Shown here: piece after piece, positions 39,409-51,924 of the stretch
How the letters are laid out: each line of letters starts with the position of its first letter
Numbering within the stretch: the first letter of the stretch is position 1
NCBI GenBank assembly: GCA_021613535.1
Contig: CP075492.1
Span: 13,640,001-13,704,000 of the forward strand
Reading direction: 5' to 3'
DNA length: 64,000 nt
DNA from: Adineta vaga
Taxonomy: Eukaryota > Animalia > Rotifera
Notes under the pieces: model-generated
Told to the model about the DNA's origin: nothing
Database searches by the model: none
What the model saw: the letters and a program-made list of their open reading frames with translations, nothing else
Made by a program: the position numbers and the translations under genes

Positions 39409-40409
39409 ATTGGATTAATGTCACAAATATGAGATATCCACGATGTCATCACACCGCGACTTTTATTTCTAATTCAACAGTATTAATCGCTGGTGGATAT
39501 TATAACGGAGATGCATTGCAAAGCACTGAATTATATCTCAATTCCAGTGAACGATGGATGCTTGTTGGAAACATGACTGATGGACGGTACGATCATACCA
39601 TGTCTCAACTAACAAATGGATCCATATTAGTAGTTGGTGGATATAATGGAAGAAGCGAGCTGAAAAGTGCTGAATTGTACGATCCATTAACAAGAAGCTG
39701 GACACGTGTCAATGATATGAATGTTGCACGGCATGGACATGCCACTTGTGTTTTAAATAATGGAAAAATATTAGTATCTGGTGGACTGAATAGTAACGGC
39801 ATATTGAATAGTTGTGAAATATATGATCCAAAAACAGGATTATGGACTAATACTGGCAAAATGACAAATAGTCGATATGCGCACACAGCAACTAAATTAG
39901 CAAATGGACGTGTATTAGTTGTTGGAGGATACGAAAATGACTCTCTGAATACTGCCGAATTATATGATCCAGCACGAGGAACATGGACACCAACCGGAAG
40001 TATGAACTATGCTCGAAATGAACATATTATTCTATTATTACCAAATGGATTCGTGTTAGTGATTGGAGGATTTAATGAGAAAGCTCTAGCTAGTGCTGAG
40101 TTGTATAATTCAACGGTAGGCACTTGGACAGCCATAGAAAATATGACTAGTGCACGTGATCAACATACAGCGTCACTATTAACAGACAATGTAGTGCTTG
40201 TGACTGGTGGACGCAATTATAGAGATGATGCGTTAAATAGTGCTGAACTATATGATTTATCAACAAGAAAATGGAGCATGATCGGAAATATGAGTAGAGA
40301 ACGTTACGGACATACAGCAACTGTTTTACCAAATGGACAGGTACTATTAGCTGGTGGATGTGACCGTAATAATAATGCTCTCATCGATGCTGAAATCTAT
40401 AATTCTTGA
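39409..40409 (+). CDS. Kelch / galactose-oxidase-type 7-bladed beta-propeller exon with no signal or anchor of its own
   Basis: Seven repeats of M..AR..HTA..L.NG.VLV.GG....L.SAELYDP..G.W; phase-1 acceptor ttcttttag|AT TGG; many N-x-S/T sequons. Confidence 0.9.
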
Positions 40410-40996
40410 CGGATATATTATAGTGATTGACAATATGTTTCTTTATTGAACATAATTTTCTCATTTGATACTCTCTATTATATTAGTCGAATACTTACAA
40501 TACAATGAAAATAAATTGTATAACTTTTGTATTTTTCGAAATTTTCCAGTTGTAGGGTGTGAATGCGGGTAAAGAGAAGATATACACCTATAACTTATAT
40601 ATAGAAATAAAACTTATTCTAAAATTTTCTAAATTGTTTTATTTAATTCAGTTCTTTCATCACATTAGAACATAAACATGCGAGATTATCTTCAGTATAG
40701 GTGTACCAATGGTTCGAATATATAAAGTTAAATCCTCCCAATTTGGTATTCGACGAAGACGAGGTACAATTATATTGTTTTATTGTTCAGTACGATCATC
40801 ACATTTTGATAAAAAGCATTTTAAATGAAGTAGCATATCCTATAGAGAAATGTAGACATTATTTTTAAGACATTTTTGTTTAAAATCGTTATTACTCTGT
40901 TGTCAGCTGTTGATATAAAATCAGTAATGAATTCAACTTCAACGAGAAATGTCTGCAGTAGTTTAAAACGACTATCGAGTAAAATACGAATATCAT

Positions 40997-41063
40997 CTTG
41001 AGGGTGTGGTGTGGGTGTGGGTTAGGTATGGGTAAAGATTATAACCAAACCTATACCGTCAAG
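40997..41063 (+). repeat. Telomere-repeat hairpin element, copy 2
   Basis: CTTGAGGGTGTGGTGTGGGTGTGGG...CCTATACCGTCAAG with inverted ends. Confidence 0.7.
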
Positions 41064-41311
41064 TTCAACGTTTGACTCAATTGTGTCTATGTGAGTCAAA
41101 ATGATTCAAATCAAATTTTACACAAGCCTTTTTCTCTCGCACTTGAAAAGGAAAGAAAAAATAAAGAACACGTGTTATTCATTGCGGCAATTCTATTACT
41201 TCGAAACATTAGGCAATACTTATTCACTATCAAGTTTGTTTTCTCTAATGCAACTTTTCTCATTTAAATATATACGCAACTACAATTATTCTGAGATACA
41301 ATAAAATCAAA

Positions 41312-41899
41312 ATGACTGATACAATAAATATACGACAACACATGAACGGTACTACATGTACATGTACGTTTTCCAATGAGTCGTTAACTGACGATCAGAT
41401 TGAAGAGCTGACATTATATTTACCGTCAACTTGTCAAAATCTTAGGTTATCCAGAGTAGACTTAAGTGAAACGGCTGTGAATTACATTGCTGAAAATCTT
41501 CTACTTCGTGGAAATAATTCTCACTTGAAAAGTTTATCGTTATATTGTACAAAATTAACAGACGAAGGTATAACAAGTATATGCCGTGCAATGGTTGATG
41601 GAGATAATCACAAACTTCGTTTTCTCGATATACAACTAAATAATATTACAGATATTGGTGCACTAGAAATAGCAAAAATGTTAGAAGTTAATAAAGGTTT
41701 GGAAATATTGGATATGAGTTATATGAATATTTTGCATGATGGTTTCATGGCCGTGTTAACAGCATTAGTAGAAAAGAATCGAACATTGAAAATATTAGAC
41801 TTTACGGGATCAACGGCCATAGATGAAAGCATGAAAGAAATGATCGTAAAAATTAAAGATAGAGTTCATATAATAAATATGTGCTATAATTATGAATAA
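41312..41899 (+). CDS. Short ribonuclease-inhibitor-type leucine-rich repeat protein
   Basis: Repeats LKSLSL...LTDEG, LRFLDI..NNITDIGA, LEILDM..N.I..DG. Confidence 0.85.
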   Translation: MTDTINIRQHMNGTTCTCTFSNESLTDDQIEELTLYLPSTCQNLRLSRVDLSETAVNYIAENLLLRGNNSHLKSLSLYCTKLTDEGITSICRAMVDGDNHKLRFLDIQLNNITDIGALEIAKMLEVNKGLEILDMSYMNILHDGFMAVLTALVEKNRTLKILDFTGSTAIDESMKEMIVKIKDRVHIINMCYNYE

Positions 41900-42050
41900 A
41901 CAGGGAAATGTATGATATATATCTTCATTGACCTAAGTATCTATTGGCAAAACTATAAGAACAATAATGATCGATATCTTTGCAGACTGTCTAATTATTG
42001 AAAAAAATTAGCAATGAATTCACTTTGCTGATAATAAAACAGCAATAACG

Positions 42051-42305
42051 ATGAATAATCTAAATGTATCAACTATTGTTGATCTACCTAATAAAATACG
42101 TTTTCAAATCTTCGAACATTTGAGATCTGAAGAAGTCTACAAGATATTTGCTAATTTGAATGTTCATTTAAATTCTATTGTTAAATCCATACCGAACTTA
42201 ATTTTCGTTAGAGCAAGTCAACTAGATCACAAACTGGAAAATGATTGTTCACAGAACGCAATGCATGAAGTAGATCATGTGTGGGTAAGTATTGACATAG
42301 GTTGA
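42051..42305 (+). pseudogene. Truncated F-box-like N-terminal fragment
   Basis: DLPNKIRFQIFEHL...F.NLN...NSI pattern; ORF ends after 84 aa. Confidence 0.5.
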
Positions 42306-42604
42306 ATAAAAGTTCATTTGGTAATAACTCGAAATGCATTGTCTTTCTCACTGTTTGAAAAATATTTCAACGTTGCAGGAATGTAATCGAGTCGTGAATG
42401 GAGTGTTGATTACAATATATTTTTGCGCTCGCAGGGAAAAAAACTAGTTTCTTTCTTTTTATTACGAAAGCGATTACATTTTTTTTCTTTTCTTCAATCT
42501 GTTGCTAACGATAGTCAATAAAACGTTTTTATTTTTATTGATAAAAAGGAAGAAAAAAAACTCACCACACATAAAGCATAGTAGTCATATAGGGATACAC
42601 ATTT

Positions 42605-44647
42605 CTAACTTGATTTGGAAGATATTCGTTGAATATTTTTCTCATTTTGTACTAAATCAGCATCTGTTGTAGATAATATTTTACGATAGATCACATTTGC
42701 TTTCTTATAATATGATAAAGCTTCATTCCAATTCCGATTTTCATCATGAACAATAGCTATATGGTTAAGTGTCGTTGCAGTATCAATATGTTCTGCAGGA
42801 AGTGCTATTTTATAGATTTTCAATGCTAGATTAAAATGTTCTAAAGCTCGATTAGATTCGCCAAGCCGTTGATAGATAGTTCCAATATTATAATGTGAAG
42901 CTCCTATATCATAATGATTGCCTGTAAGACAATTCATTCGAATATTTAAGGCAGTTTCATAATATTTCAATGCATCAGAATATTTCTTCTGTCGTTGAAA
43001 GATACCACCAATATTATTCCAGCACATTGCTACATGAACATGATTATCACCGTGTGCTCGTCGAAATATTGATAAGGCGTTGCTATAAGCTTCTAATGCT
43101 CTTTCGAAATCACCAATAGTTTGATAGATATTTCCAATGCTATTATAGGTATTTGCGATATTCGGATGATTTGATTGGTAAGTTTTCTTATCAATCTCAA
43201 GTGACTTATTAAAGAATTTGAGACTGGCATCATGATTACCCTTCTTTTCTTCTAAACTACCGAGTGAAAAATAACATGTCGATATATGATGAGAATCATT
43301 CGATCGAAGACTATCGTCGAGACAACGTCGATAATATCTTTCGGCATCAGTATATTTTCCCATTCGTTGTAGTACAGAACCTAATCGAATGAGATCTAAT
43401 TCTATTTGCTTATCTTCCGATTTCATTGTTTGGAAAATTTCTTTTAATTCATGATTTTCATCACCACATAAAGTTAATCTGATTGTACACAATCCGTTTC
43501 GATCATAAAGAATATTACCAATTCGAAAGATTGATCCTAACATAAATAAAACTTCTGCTTCTTTTCTATACTCACTCAATTCACTTATATTAGCAAAGGG
43601 TTTAATTCCTGGCAAACGTGGATCAGCATAAATTTCGAATAAGATTCGTTCGAGTCCATTTTTCTGTGTAACAAATGAAAAAGCTAAATCTCGATTGAGA
43701 CTAGTCGACAGAAATGAATTAATTGAAATCAAGCGTCCTTTCGATTGTTCTAAATATTCAAGTTCATTAGGCCACAGAAATTGACCTCGATAGACCGTCA
43801 CTGGAGATGAACATCGATGTCTTTTTAATTTTTCTTCCAAGTCACGAATTAAAAAACGAAATAAATAAATCGAATGAATATCTTGTGTACGAAGTGCTCG
43901 ATTTAACATTCGATAAACAAATGAATGCCGTGTGTACCAATAAACTGCTCGATCTTTGACATATGTATCATGAAATTCTTGCGTAAGTTTTAATTCATCT
44001 TTTTCATTTTGTAATCGTTGTTGACATTGAAATATTAATTCTTTGAAATCAGCAGAATCAGATGGAATTCCAAGAAGACAATCGATTAATAATTGAGAAT
44101 GAACGAATTCTCCATTCAATCCAGTTGCTAATTTCTCTTTATCAGCTTTTTCATCGAATGTAGCAAATGCCAATGCGTCATCATTTTCTGTAATCTGTTC
44201 TTTCGATTGATCACATCGAATTTGAGAGATTAATTCACCTAATTCTACGGCTAAACCTCGTACCTATAAATATAAATCGTTTTATAATAAGAAAAGAAAA
44301 CGAATAAAAACCTTTGGATATTTTTTTGCCCATTCATTGTTTTTTTTATTACCACAATAAACATAAATAGCTTGAATTCTTGGATTTTTTTCGATTTGAG
44401 GAACAATAGTATAGCCTAATGAACCACTTACAATAAGAATAACTCGTTCATTATCCTTTAATAATTTTATATATTCTTGACAATCAACTTCTCGATCAAA
44501 TGCCTTGAAATGCTGGAGAAGAGATTTCAATTGATGTGTAGCATCGATACTTTCTTGTTTGGTTTTAACAGTTGCATCGAGCCAAATTAGAATCGATGCT
44601 TCAATATGATCTACATTCGATGTCAATCGTCTTTGCACACCTCCCAT
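42605..44647 (-). CDS. Receiver-like + R-S-E class mono-ADP-ribosyltransferase + TPR-repeat protein (intact), 2 exons
   Basis: LIWLD...LIVSG...IYVYC N-terminal domain; intron 44264..44311; WYT, VYRGQ, FLSTS and EAEVLF motifs; about six kinesin-light-chain-like TPRs. Confidence 0.9.
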
Positions 44648-45122
44648 GGCCAAAAAATATCGACTGTACACTGACTGTTGCAGTAGTAAAATAAAATCGA
44701 TTCATTCTTATTCTTTCGAACACGAGAAGAAAATATTCAAGTTGTTTTCTTTTGATTATTATTCTTTCAGTTTCTTTTTTACTGTATTCCGCGAAAAAGT
44801 CTTTTTAGTTTTACTGAATGAAAAATAGGCATCTGATGTTGTTTTTTTCGGAGAATTTATTGATTTTTCATAACCAAACATTATGTTGTTTTAAAAATAA
44901 CTTTTAGGTACTATAAAGTTCATCATTAATCTTTATTAAGCTTGAAAATGATCCATTCGCATCATCATCATCATCATTATTATCTTCTTTTTTTTTCTAC
45001 ATCACCATGATATGTTTAACATTGTCTTTTATCAGTATTTATATTTTCTTTTTGCTTTGCGTATAAATAATCTAATCTTTTGAATTACAAGGACATATAA
45101 ACTCACTCTTTATACTTTAACA

Positions 45123-46493
45123 ATGAAGGTAAGTAATGATCTCTATAGTGTTGGCGTGTGATGATTTTTTGTTTTGTTTTTGTACTATAGATAATACTCT
45201 TTTGTATCCTATTTGGAACAGTTGTTAGTGACTTATCACTTGAATGGATTAAATTTAAACAGGATTATAACAAACAATATCCAAATGCTGCTGAAGAACT
45301 CGAACGTAAGCAAATATTTATTGACAATGTGAACCGAATGCGAAAATTTCAACAAACTTATTCGGATGCTACATTTACGATGGGTATTAACCACTTAGCA
45401 GATCGACGCATTCAGGTAATTCTTTCTAATACAATTTATCCAATGAAGAACTAAAACATTCCATAGGAACTTGTTTCGGGCACAAAATCTTCTTTAAAAT
45501 CTTATCCTGTATCATCGAAACAATCTGTTGAAGTAAAAGATTTTCCTGAGTCACTTGATTGGCGTGTAAAAGGTGTAATTTCACCTGTACATAGCCAAGG
45601 TTTAGTAGGAGAAATCATTGCTGCTATTGTCAGTACTGGTAATGATTGAAACGCATTGTCATAAGTGATTTTGATTCTCTAATATATTTTTTGTTTTACA
45701 TAGAACTCGTGGAAACTCTCAAAGCTATCGAAGCAAAAAACTTCATCGAAGGCAGCATCTCTCGTGTATATGATTGTTGCCCACAATCCATTGATGTTTT
45801 CGAATGTATAAGAAATATGAGTGGTATTTGTAAAAATAGTGACTACCCTACTGCCCTAAAGAAATGTGAACCAAATCAATGCAAACCATTTTTTACCGTA
45901 TGTGATATTTACATCAATATATTTCGTGAAACATGTTAGTTTGAAATGTGTGTAGTTTGATAAAATTAACAAGCTTGCAAATAATGATGAAACCACCATG
46001 TTAGCATGGATGCAAGAATCTACACTTTGGGCAGAAGTTGATGCTGAAAAATTTGCAATGTATATGGGAGGTATCTATGATGAACCAGCATGTTCACAAA
46101 CGTCAATCGATCATGTGGTAAAAAATAGAACAAATCTTGTAATTTCATTTGTCTGTTAAAATAATTTTCTCCGACGTAGTTACAAATCGTTGGTTATGGA
46201 GTTGAAGGTGGTAATCCTTATTGGATATGCAAAAATAGTTGGGGTAAATGGCCATATTAATGAAAAGTATATCTGCAATATTTATTTGATTGTTTCTTTT
46301 TGTAGGCGAAGACTGGGGAGAAAAGGGCTATATACGTATTGCACGCGGTAAAAATATGTGTGCTATTGCCACACAAGTCGTACAAGTTGCTAATACAAAG
46401 ACGAGTGATGCTAGACGATCACAGACCATTATTCCAATGTTTTTCATCCTTATGTTAACAATAGTTGTTCAAAGGATTTCTAATTACTATTAA
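45123..46493 (+). CDS. Papain-family (C1A, cathepsin L-like) protein with I29 propeptide, catalytic Cys replaced, GPI-like tail; multi-exon
   Basis: ERFNIN-like EELERKQIFIDN; DWRVKG; QGLVGEII in place of QGxCGSCW; DHV..VGYG, KNSWG and WGEKGY retained. Confidence 0.85.
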
Positions 46494-46915
46494 TTGAAAC
46501 AATAAACTAACAACAAACTATATCGATATTTTATTTAAGTTATTTTTCATAAATAAATCAATTCAATTCATTGTTTCTTGTTATTTTCTTTGATCGTCAA
46601 CGGAATGCGAGTTCCTATTTAATACTACGAGATGCAGTAAAGAATATCTATTTCATTAAAACCTTAAATGACCGTCTTCGCTTTCGAGAAAAGTTAAAGA
46701 ATGAAGTTGAATGAATTTAACCTCATGCTCCAAAGCTGTTAAATAGAGTGATTGGAATGACAAGTTTTTTATTATTAAATAATAGCAAGTGCAATGGATG
46801 AGGTACATATATATAAACAAAATAATCGTATTGCTATAAGATAAGCAAGCATGTTAGTTATAAGCGTGAGAAACAAGTTCTTTTTAAGTATATTTTTGTA
46901 TTTAATCAATACCAG

Positions 46916-47128
46916 TTAACACGGTGTACAACAACAAGTTGATGCTTTTCGTTTACAGCCACCAGAGCAGTAACAATCTTCACCACCATCTTTTGACGAA
47001 CAGCTTCGACCTTCATCCGCTTTTAATTCCGCATTAGTTAAATCTTGAACAGCAAGAGTATTGCTAAATTGTATGGACACTACTAGCATAATTATTACCA
47101 AAGAAAGTAATGTATAAGAAAGACGCAT
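46916..47128 (-). CDS. Small secreted Cys-rich peptide precursor (8 Cys)
   Basis: Signal peptide, short acidic pro-region ending in GR, then SCSSKDGGEDCYCSGGCKRKASTCCCTPC; TATA-like sequence upstream. Confidence 0.75.
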   Translation of the reverse strand: MRLSYTLLSLVIIMLVVSIQFSNTLAVQDLTNAELKADEGRSCSSKDGGEDCYCSGGCKRKASTCCCTPC

Positions 47129-48130
47129 TTTGAACTTGTTTTCACTTGATAAATTAACTCAATATACATTACAACGTTACCTATATATAGTTGAGAAGAA
47201 AAGTGATGGATAGATTATATTTTATTGCGTATTCATGATTATTTAGGTAAGTATAGGAAGTAAAATATTACGTATAATGTCATTACTTTTATCTATATTT
47301 ATCAACAACGTATAAAATCATGTACAGCAGCTATTTTTGACTATAAATCGATTGCGTATGTTGAAAATTAAGGATATCTATATTTATATCATTACGGATT
47401 TTTGATAGTCGTCTGCATTCATTATCGATCGATAGAGTATATAAGGTGTTCAGTCTTTTCCCTTTTCTAGCGAAACGTTGATTTTGGCTGGAATTCTCAA
47501 CAGTGTCGAAACATTCGTTGTATTCAGAATTGAATTACATATAATTTCAGCTGCCAAATAGTGTTTTATGCTCATCTTAAGCTAGATTAACTGATATGTA
47601 GTTATTGATTCTTCAATCCGTTGAAACACCGTTTGAATGTATATTGCATGTATAGTACTTGTTTGTTAAACAATATTTGTTGGACAAAGTTTTGTCAATT
47701 ATGTTTCATCATACAAGCAAATGTTGCTGCATCACTAACTTTTGAGTCAACTTCTACGAAAAGAAATAACAGAATTTTAACTTAGGCCACAGAGTTGCAG
47801 TGATATCACCGTCTGTTTCCTGCGAATTCATCGTAGTTGACGATGTACAATGGGTGAAAGTATGAAAACATCTGTGAAAAGTTTGTAAAACTATTCGATT
47901 GAATCGGACGACGTTTTCTTTTCAAATTTATTTTTTTAAGAAAAAGAAACAGAACAGAACAGAATTAAAATCAAACATTTTCTCTTTACACGTGTTACAA
48001 ACAAAAAAAGTCGTACACATATGATAGAGAAAAAAGTTAAATATAACTATAGCATGTATAATCCAATGAAGTTGAGTTTATTACAAATTTCAAATATATT
48101 TTCATTTTATTTATATGTAAATATCTGATC

Positions 48131-49243
48131 ATGAGCGAATATGTATGGTTCTTCTTCATCTTAATTTTAACGCCTTTTGTCATCGCTCTATCTTTCTTTT
48201 CGTACGGTCACATATGGTCTTTGGAATCGTTCTATAATGGTATTTCTACAAATAGCCATTCGACAACAGAAATATCCATTGAAACTACGCTTCATTGGAT
48301 TCGAACAATCAATGATGGATCGATCAATTCATATCTTCTTACTTTAGTATTAACAAAAGATAAATATTCTTGGGGTCGAAATTCAAAAAATTCATCATTT
48401 CGAACATTTCTATCGTTTCTCAACATTATAAAATCATCACATATTCCAGCAAGTAACATATCTTTAGGATTACTTACTTCATCTAAAGAAGAATATATCA
48501 AATATAAAAAGATTATAGAAATGACTTCAATGAATTACGGAGAATTATTTACACGTGTTCATATCATCTATCATCCAGGTTTTGTTGATCAAAAACAACG
48601 TACTATTTTCGATGTCGGACGTGAAGAACGTCATGACTATACTAAACAAAAAGAACGTCGACGTCTTTTATCTCGTTTACGAAACTATTTAATGATATCT
48701 ACGTTACAATCAGAAGATCATATTATCTGGCTTGATGCGGACGTCTATTTTTCATCGAATATACTCTTAAAGACAATAATCAAAAAGTCAATCGATTCAA
48801 AACTCATACATAATCTTCCTCTTGGTCTACTTACTACTCGTTGTGCTTTTGAACGAGATCCACATTCAAACTATGATTTAAATGCTTGGCTCGGTCCTCG
48901 TCGAGTACCAAATGCCAAAGAACTTGATCACATACGAAATGGTGGTATTTTCGTTGGTCGACCAACGAAAGATACAAAGATGCTTGATATCTTATTGGAA
49001 GGAACAGTAAATGAAGATCTAATCAAATTGGATAGTGTTGGTGGTACAATCCTTTATATCAAAGCAGATCTTATTCGACAAGGTCTTGTCTTTCCACCAT
49101 ATTATATTATTGGTACAGAATGGAATATGCAAGAAGGTTGGGATGGGATAGAAACAGAAGGACTCTGTTATATTGCTAGAAATTTAGGTCATGATTGTTA
49201 TGCACTTGGTGGTGATTGGGTTGTTACACATACAAACTATTGA
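48131..49243 (+). CDS. Anp1/Mnn9/Van1-family (GT62) glycosyltransferase, fungal type, intronless
   Basis: N-terminal TM; RH.......RR..L.R.RNYL, WLDAD, YDLNAW, LDSVGGT.L and IETEGLC motifs. Confidence 0.85.
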   Translation: MSEYVWFFFILILTPFVIALSFFSYGHIWSLESFYNGISTNSHSTTEISIETTLHWIRTINDGSINSYLLTLVLTKDKYSWGRNSKNSSFRTFLSFLNIIKSSHIPASNISLGLLTSSKEEYIKYKKIIEMTSMNYGELFTRVHIIYHPGFVDQKQRTIFDVGREERHDYTKQKERRRLLSRLRNYLMISTLQSEDHIIWLDADVYFSSNILLKTIIKKSIDSKLIHNLPLGLLTTRCAFERDPHSNYDLNAWLGPRRVPNAKELDHIRNGGIFVGRPTKDTKMLDILLEGTVNEDLIKLDSVGGTILYIKADLIRQGLVFPPYYIIGTEWNMQEGWDGIETEGLCYIARNLGHDCYALGGDWVVTHTNY

Positions 49244-49340
49244 ATAACGAAGAAGTATAATTTAAAAACGTATTTTTATTTCGAAAAATTTATTAAATAA
49301 AATCTTGTTAAAAAAAATTCGTTCTTCGAGAGTTTTTTTT

Positions 49341-50817
49341 TCATTGTTTTTTGTATCTGTATCGTACTTTCACATCTCTATCTGGTAACATTACACCAGT
49401 ACCAACAGAATTTTTTCGAAATCCTAGTCTTTGTTCATGTTCATCACCAAGAAATTCTAATTCAATTTCTTTTACTAATGTAATTAAAATAATTTTCATT
49501 TCATTTCGTACAAAGAAACGTCCGGGACACATTGATTTTCCAGCTCCAAATGGCATATATGATGATGGAAATTTATTTAAATGTATAAATCGATCATATT
49601 TGAATTGATATGGTTCAGAAAAAATAGTTTCATCATAATGAAAAACTGTTGGATAACCACAAACTAAATCTTTCGGATGAATTTGCAAGTGACGTCCGTC
49701 ATGGAGATCCAAAGTTGTACCACCTTCTTTGTATGTACAACGCATAAGAAAAATATTTCCAATAAGACGTAATGTTTCATTGATTATACTATCCGCCAGT
49801 TTCATTTTGTTCATATCTCCATTATGAGTAATAATTTCGTCACGTAATTCTTCAAATATACGTCCATTATCAGTGATGAAGAGATAGTGAAGAACCCAGA
49901 ATGTTGTGGGAATTGTATTAGCCAAAGATGCCCAAAATAAGATCATCATATGTGCACCAACATCAGTTGATGTGAATACTTCTTTGAATTTCTCTTGATA
50001 TTGTTCTCGTGCAGCAGTGATAAATTCACTTTCATTTGGCCGCTGTTTGACAAGTAATTGTATGGCTTTTTGTCGACCTTGATATGCATCTCGATAGAAT
50101 AGTTTATAAAACCATGGTGGCAATCCACGAGCAAATACATAAAATTTTTCATTGAACAAAAGAAAATTCTTTTCTAATTCTTTTAATTCTTTGCCTTCAA
50201 TATCACCAAATAATGAACGAGTCGATGCTTCAAAAATTAATCGATGACACAAGTCCATTAGATCACATTCACGCCATTCTTCATTCAAACTAGTTCGATC
50301 TTTGTCTAATGTTTGATGAAAATGTTTAAGAAATTGAGTAGTTAAATCATTTAATGCCTCAGGACGTTGTAGAGTTTGTGAATAGATCGTTTTATGAAGT
50401 GCTTGTGATATTGATTCACGAATATCTTTAACAAAAAGGAGATAAACAATGACATATGTATCTAAATAAAATCTTACCTTTTGCTACTCGACGACTACCA
50501 AATATATTACTAACCATTTCACTACCAGAAAAAACTAGATCGGGATTTTTTGTCATCGACTGAACATCATGAATATCGAGTAGAAAAGTGAAACGTTGTC
50601 CAACAATATTTGCAGTAAAGACTGATCCATACTTGACAAAATTCTCAAAGATAAATTGATTTGCATCATTGAGAAAATCAACTAGATGGCCTAGGATAGG
50701 TGTATGATAGGGAACGAATGTATAATCTCTATAGAGTCGTTTGGTTTTCAAGTTTGAATTGATGAGAAAAGTGAAGAGACCAATAATAACAAGAATGAGA
50801 ATAGCCGTTATAAACAT
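49341..50817 (-). CDS. Cytochrome P450 of the CYP7/CYP8-like clan, 2 exons
   Basis: WASLANTIP (I-helix), ETLR, FKYDRF and PFGAGKSMCPGRFF heme motif; intron 50426..50477. Confidence 0.9.
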
Positions 50818-51924
50818 GTCTTCAGGATCGTTATTCCGTTGAGCAAAAAAAATAGAAGAGTGTATATGGTATTTGATTATATATTCATTTTTCTCATTAG
50901 GTAAAAATGTAAAGGTAATTTGTTTTTGCGTCAAGCAATATACAAGTAATTAGAAAAGACGTCAATATACTGTTAAACAACGATATCAATGCGCATCTGA
51001 ATAAATCAAGTCATTCATCTTTTTTTCTTTTGAAAAACAAATATCTGCAACACAGGAAAGAACGAAAGTACGCATCAATAAATTTCTATTTTTCTTTCGA
51101 TTAGATTTATAATGTCAACTTAATTTTACGTACGATAAATAAATAAAAAACGTACATATGCAAAGATTTATTATTAAAATAAACTTTGAAAGCTCTATTT
51201 TAAACACAATCTTGTGCAAACTTTGATTTATAGTTTATTGTGTCAAGGAATATATTATTTATACGGAGAAAATGTGAATCAAAGATATATCGAACAAGTT
51301 TCGTCATGGTATCGGGATCATGTTAATTAGACATGACAAACTGAATGAAATTGGAAATGAGATGATGTCACCTGTCTTATTGATATTCAGTATTCTTGTA
51401 CGCTCAACACATAATCTTTTGTCTTTTTCTCTGGTAGATAAGTCCGTATTTTATGTGAAATAATTACATTTGAATAGAAATCATAGTCGAACAAACACAT
51501 CGTGTTTTAAAACACACAAAATTATATCTTTCCATTTGTCATAAGGATCAAGAGTGAAACATACCTCAATTAGCATTAATACTGTACAATATAGTAAAGT
51601 TACAACACATTCGTTTTTCTCTTATTTCCTTTATATTTTTATCTTTCAATATCGTGTTTTTTTTGTGTTATATTGCTGACAAATTTTCTATTGAATCAAC
51701 AAAAGAGTAAGTCAGATCTAATATTTTATGACACTTTTTCAATAACGTTGCTTTTCTCTATGCACACACATCATACAATTCGTCTCTTTCACATTCTTGT
51801 CTTAATAAAAACAGCGTCGAACTTTGCAAGTTATTCTTTAGTTTGAGTATAGCAAAGATAAGTTTATTTATACAAGCAATCACAGACAAACTTTATGGTG
51901 AATAAACTCTTACATTCGGATCAT

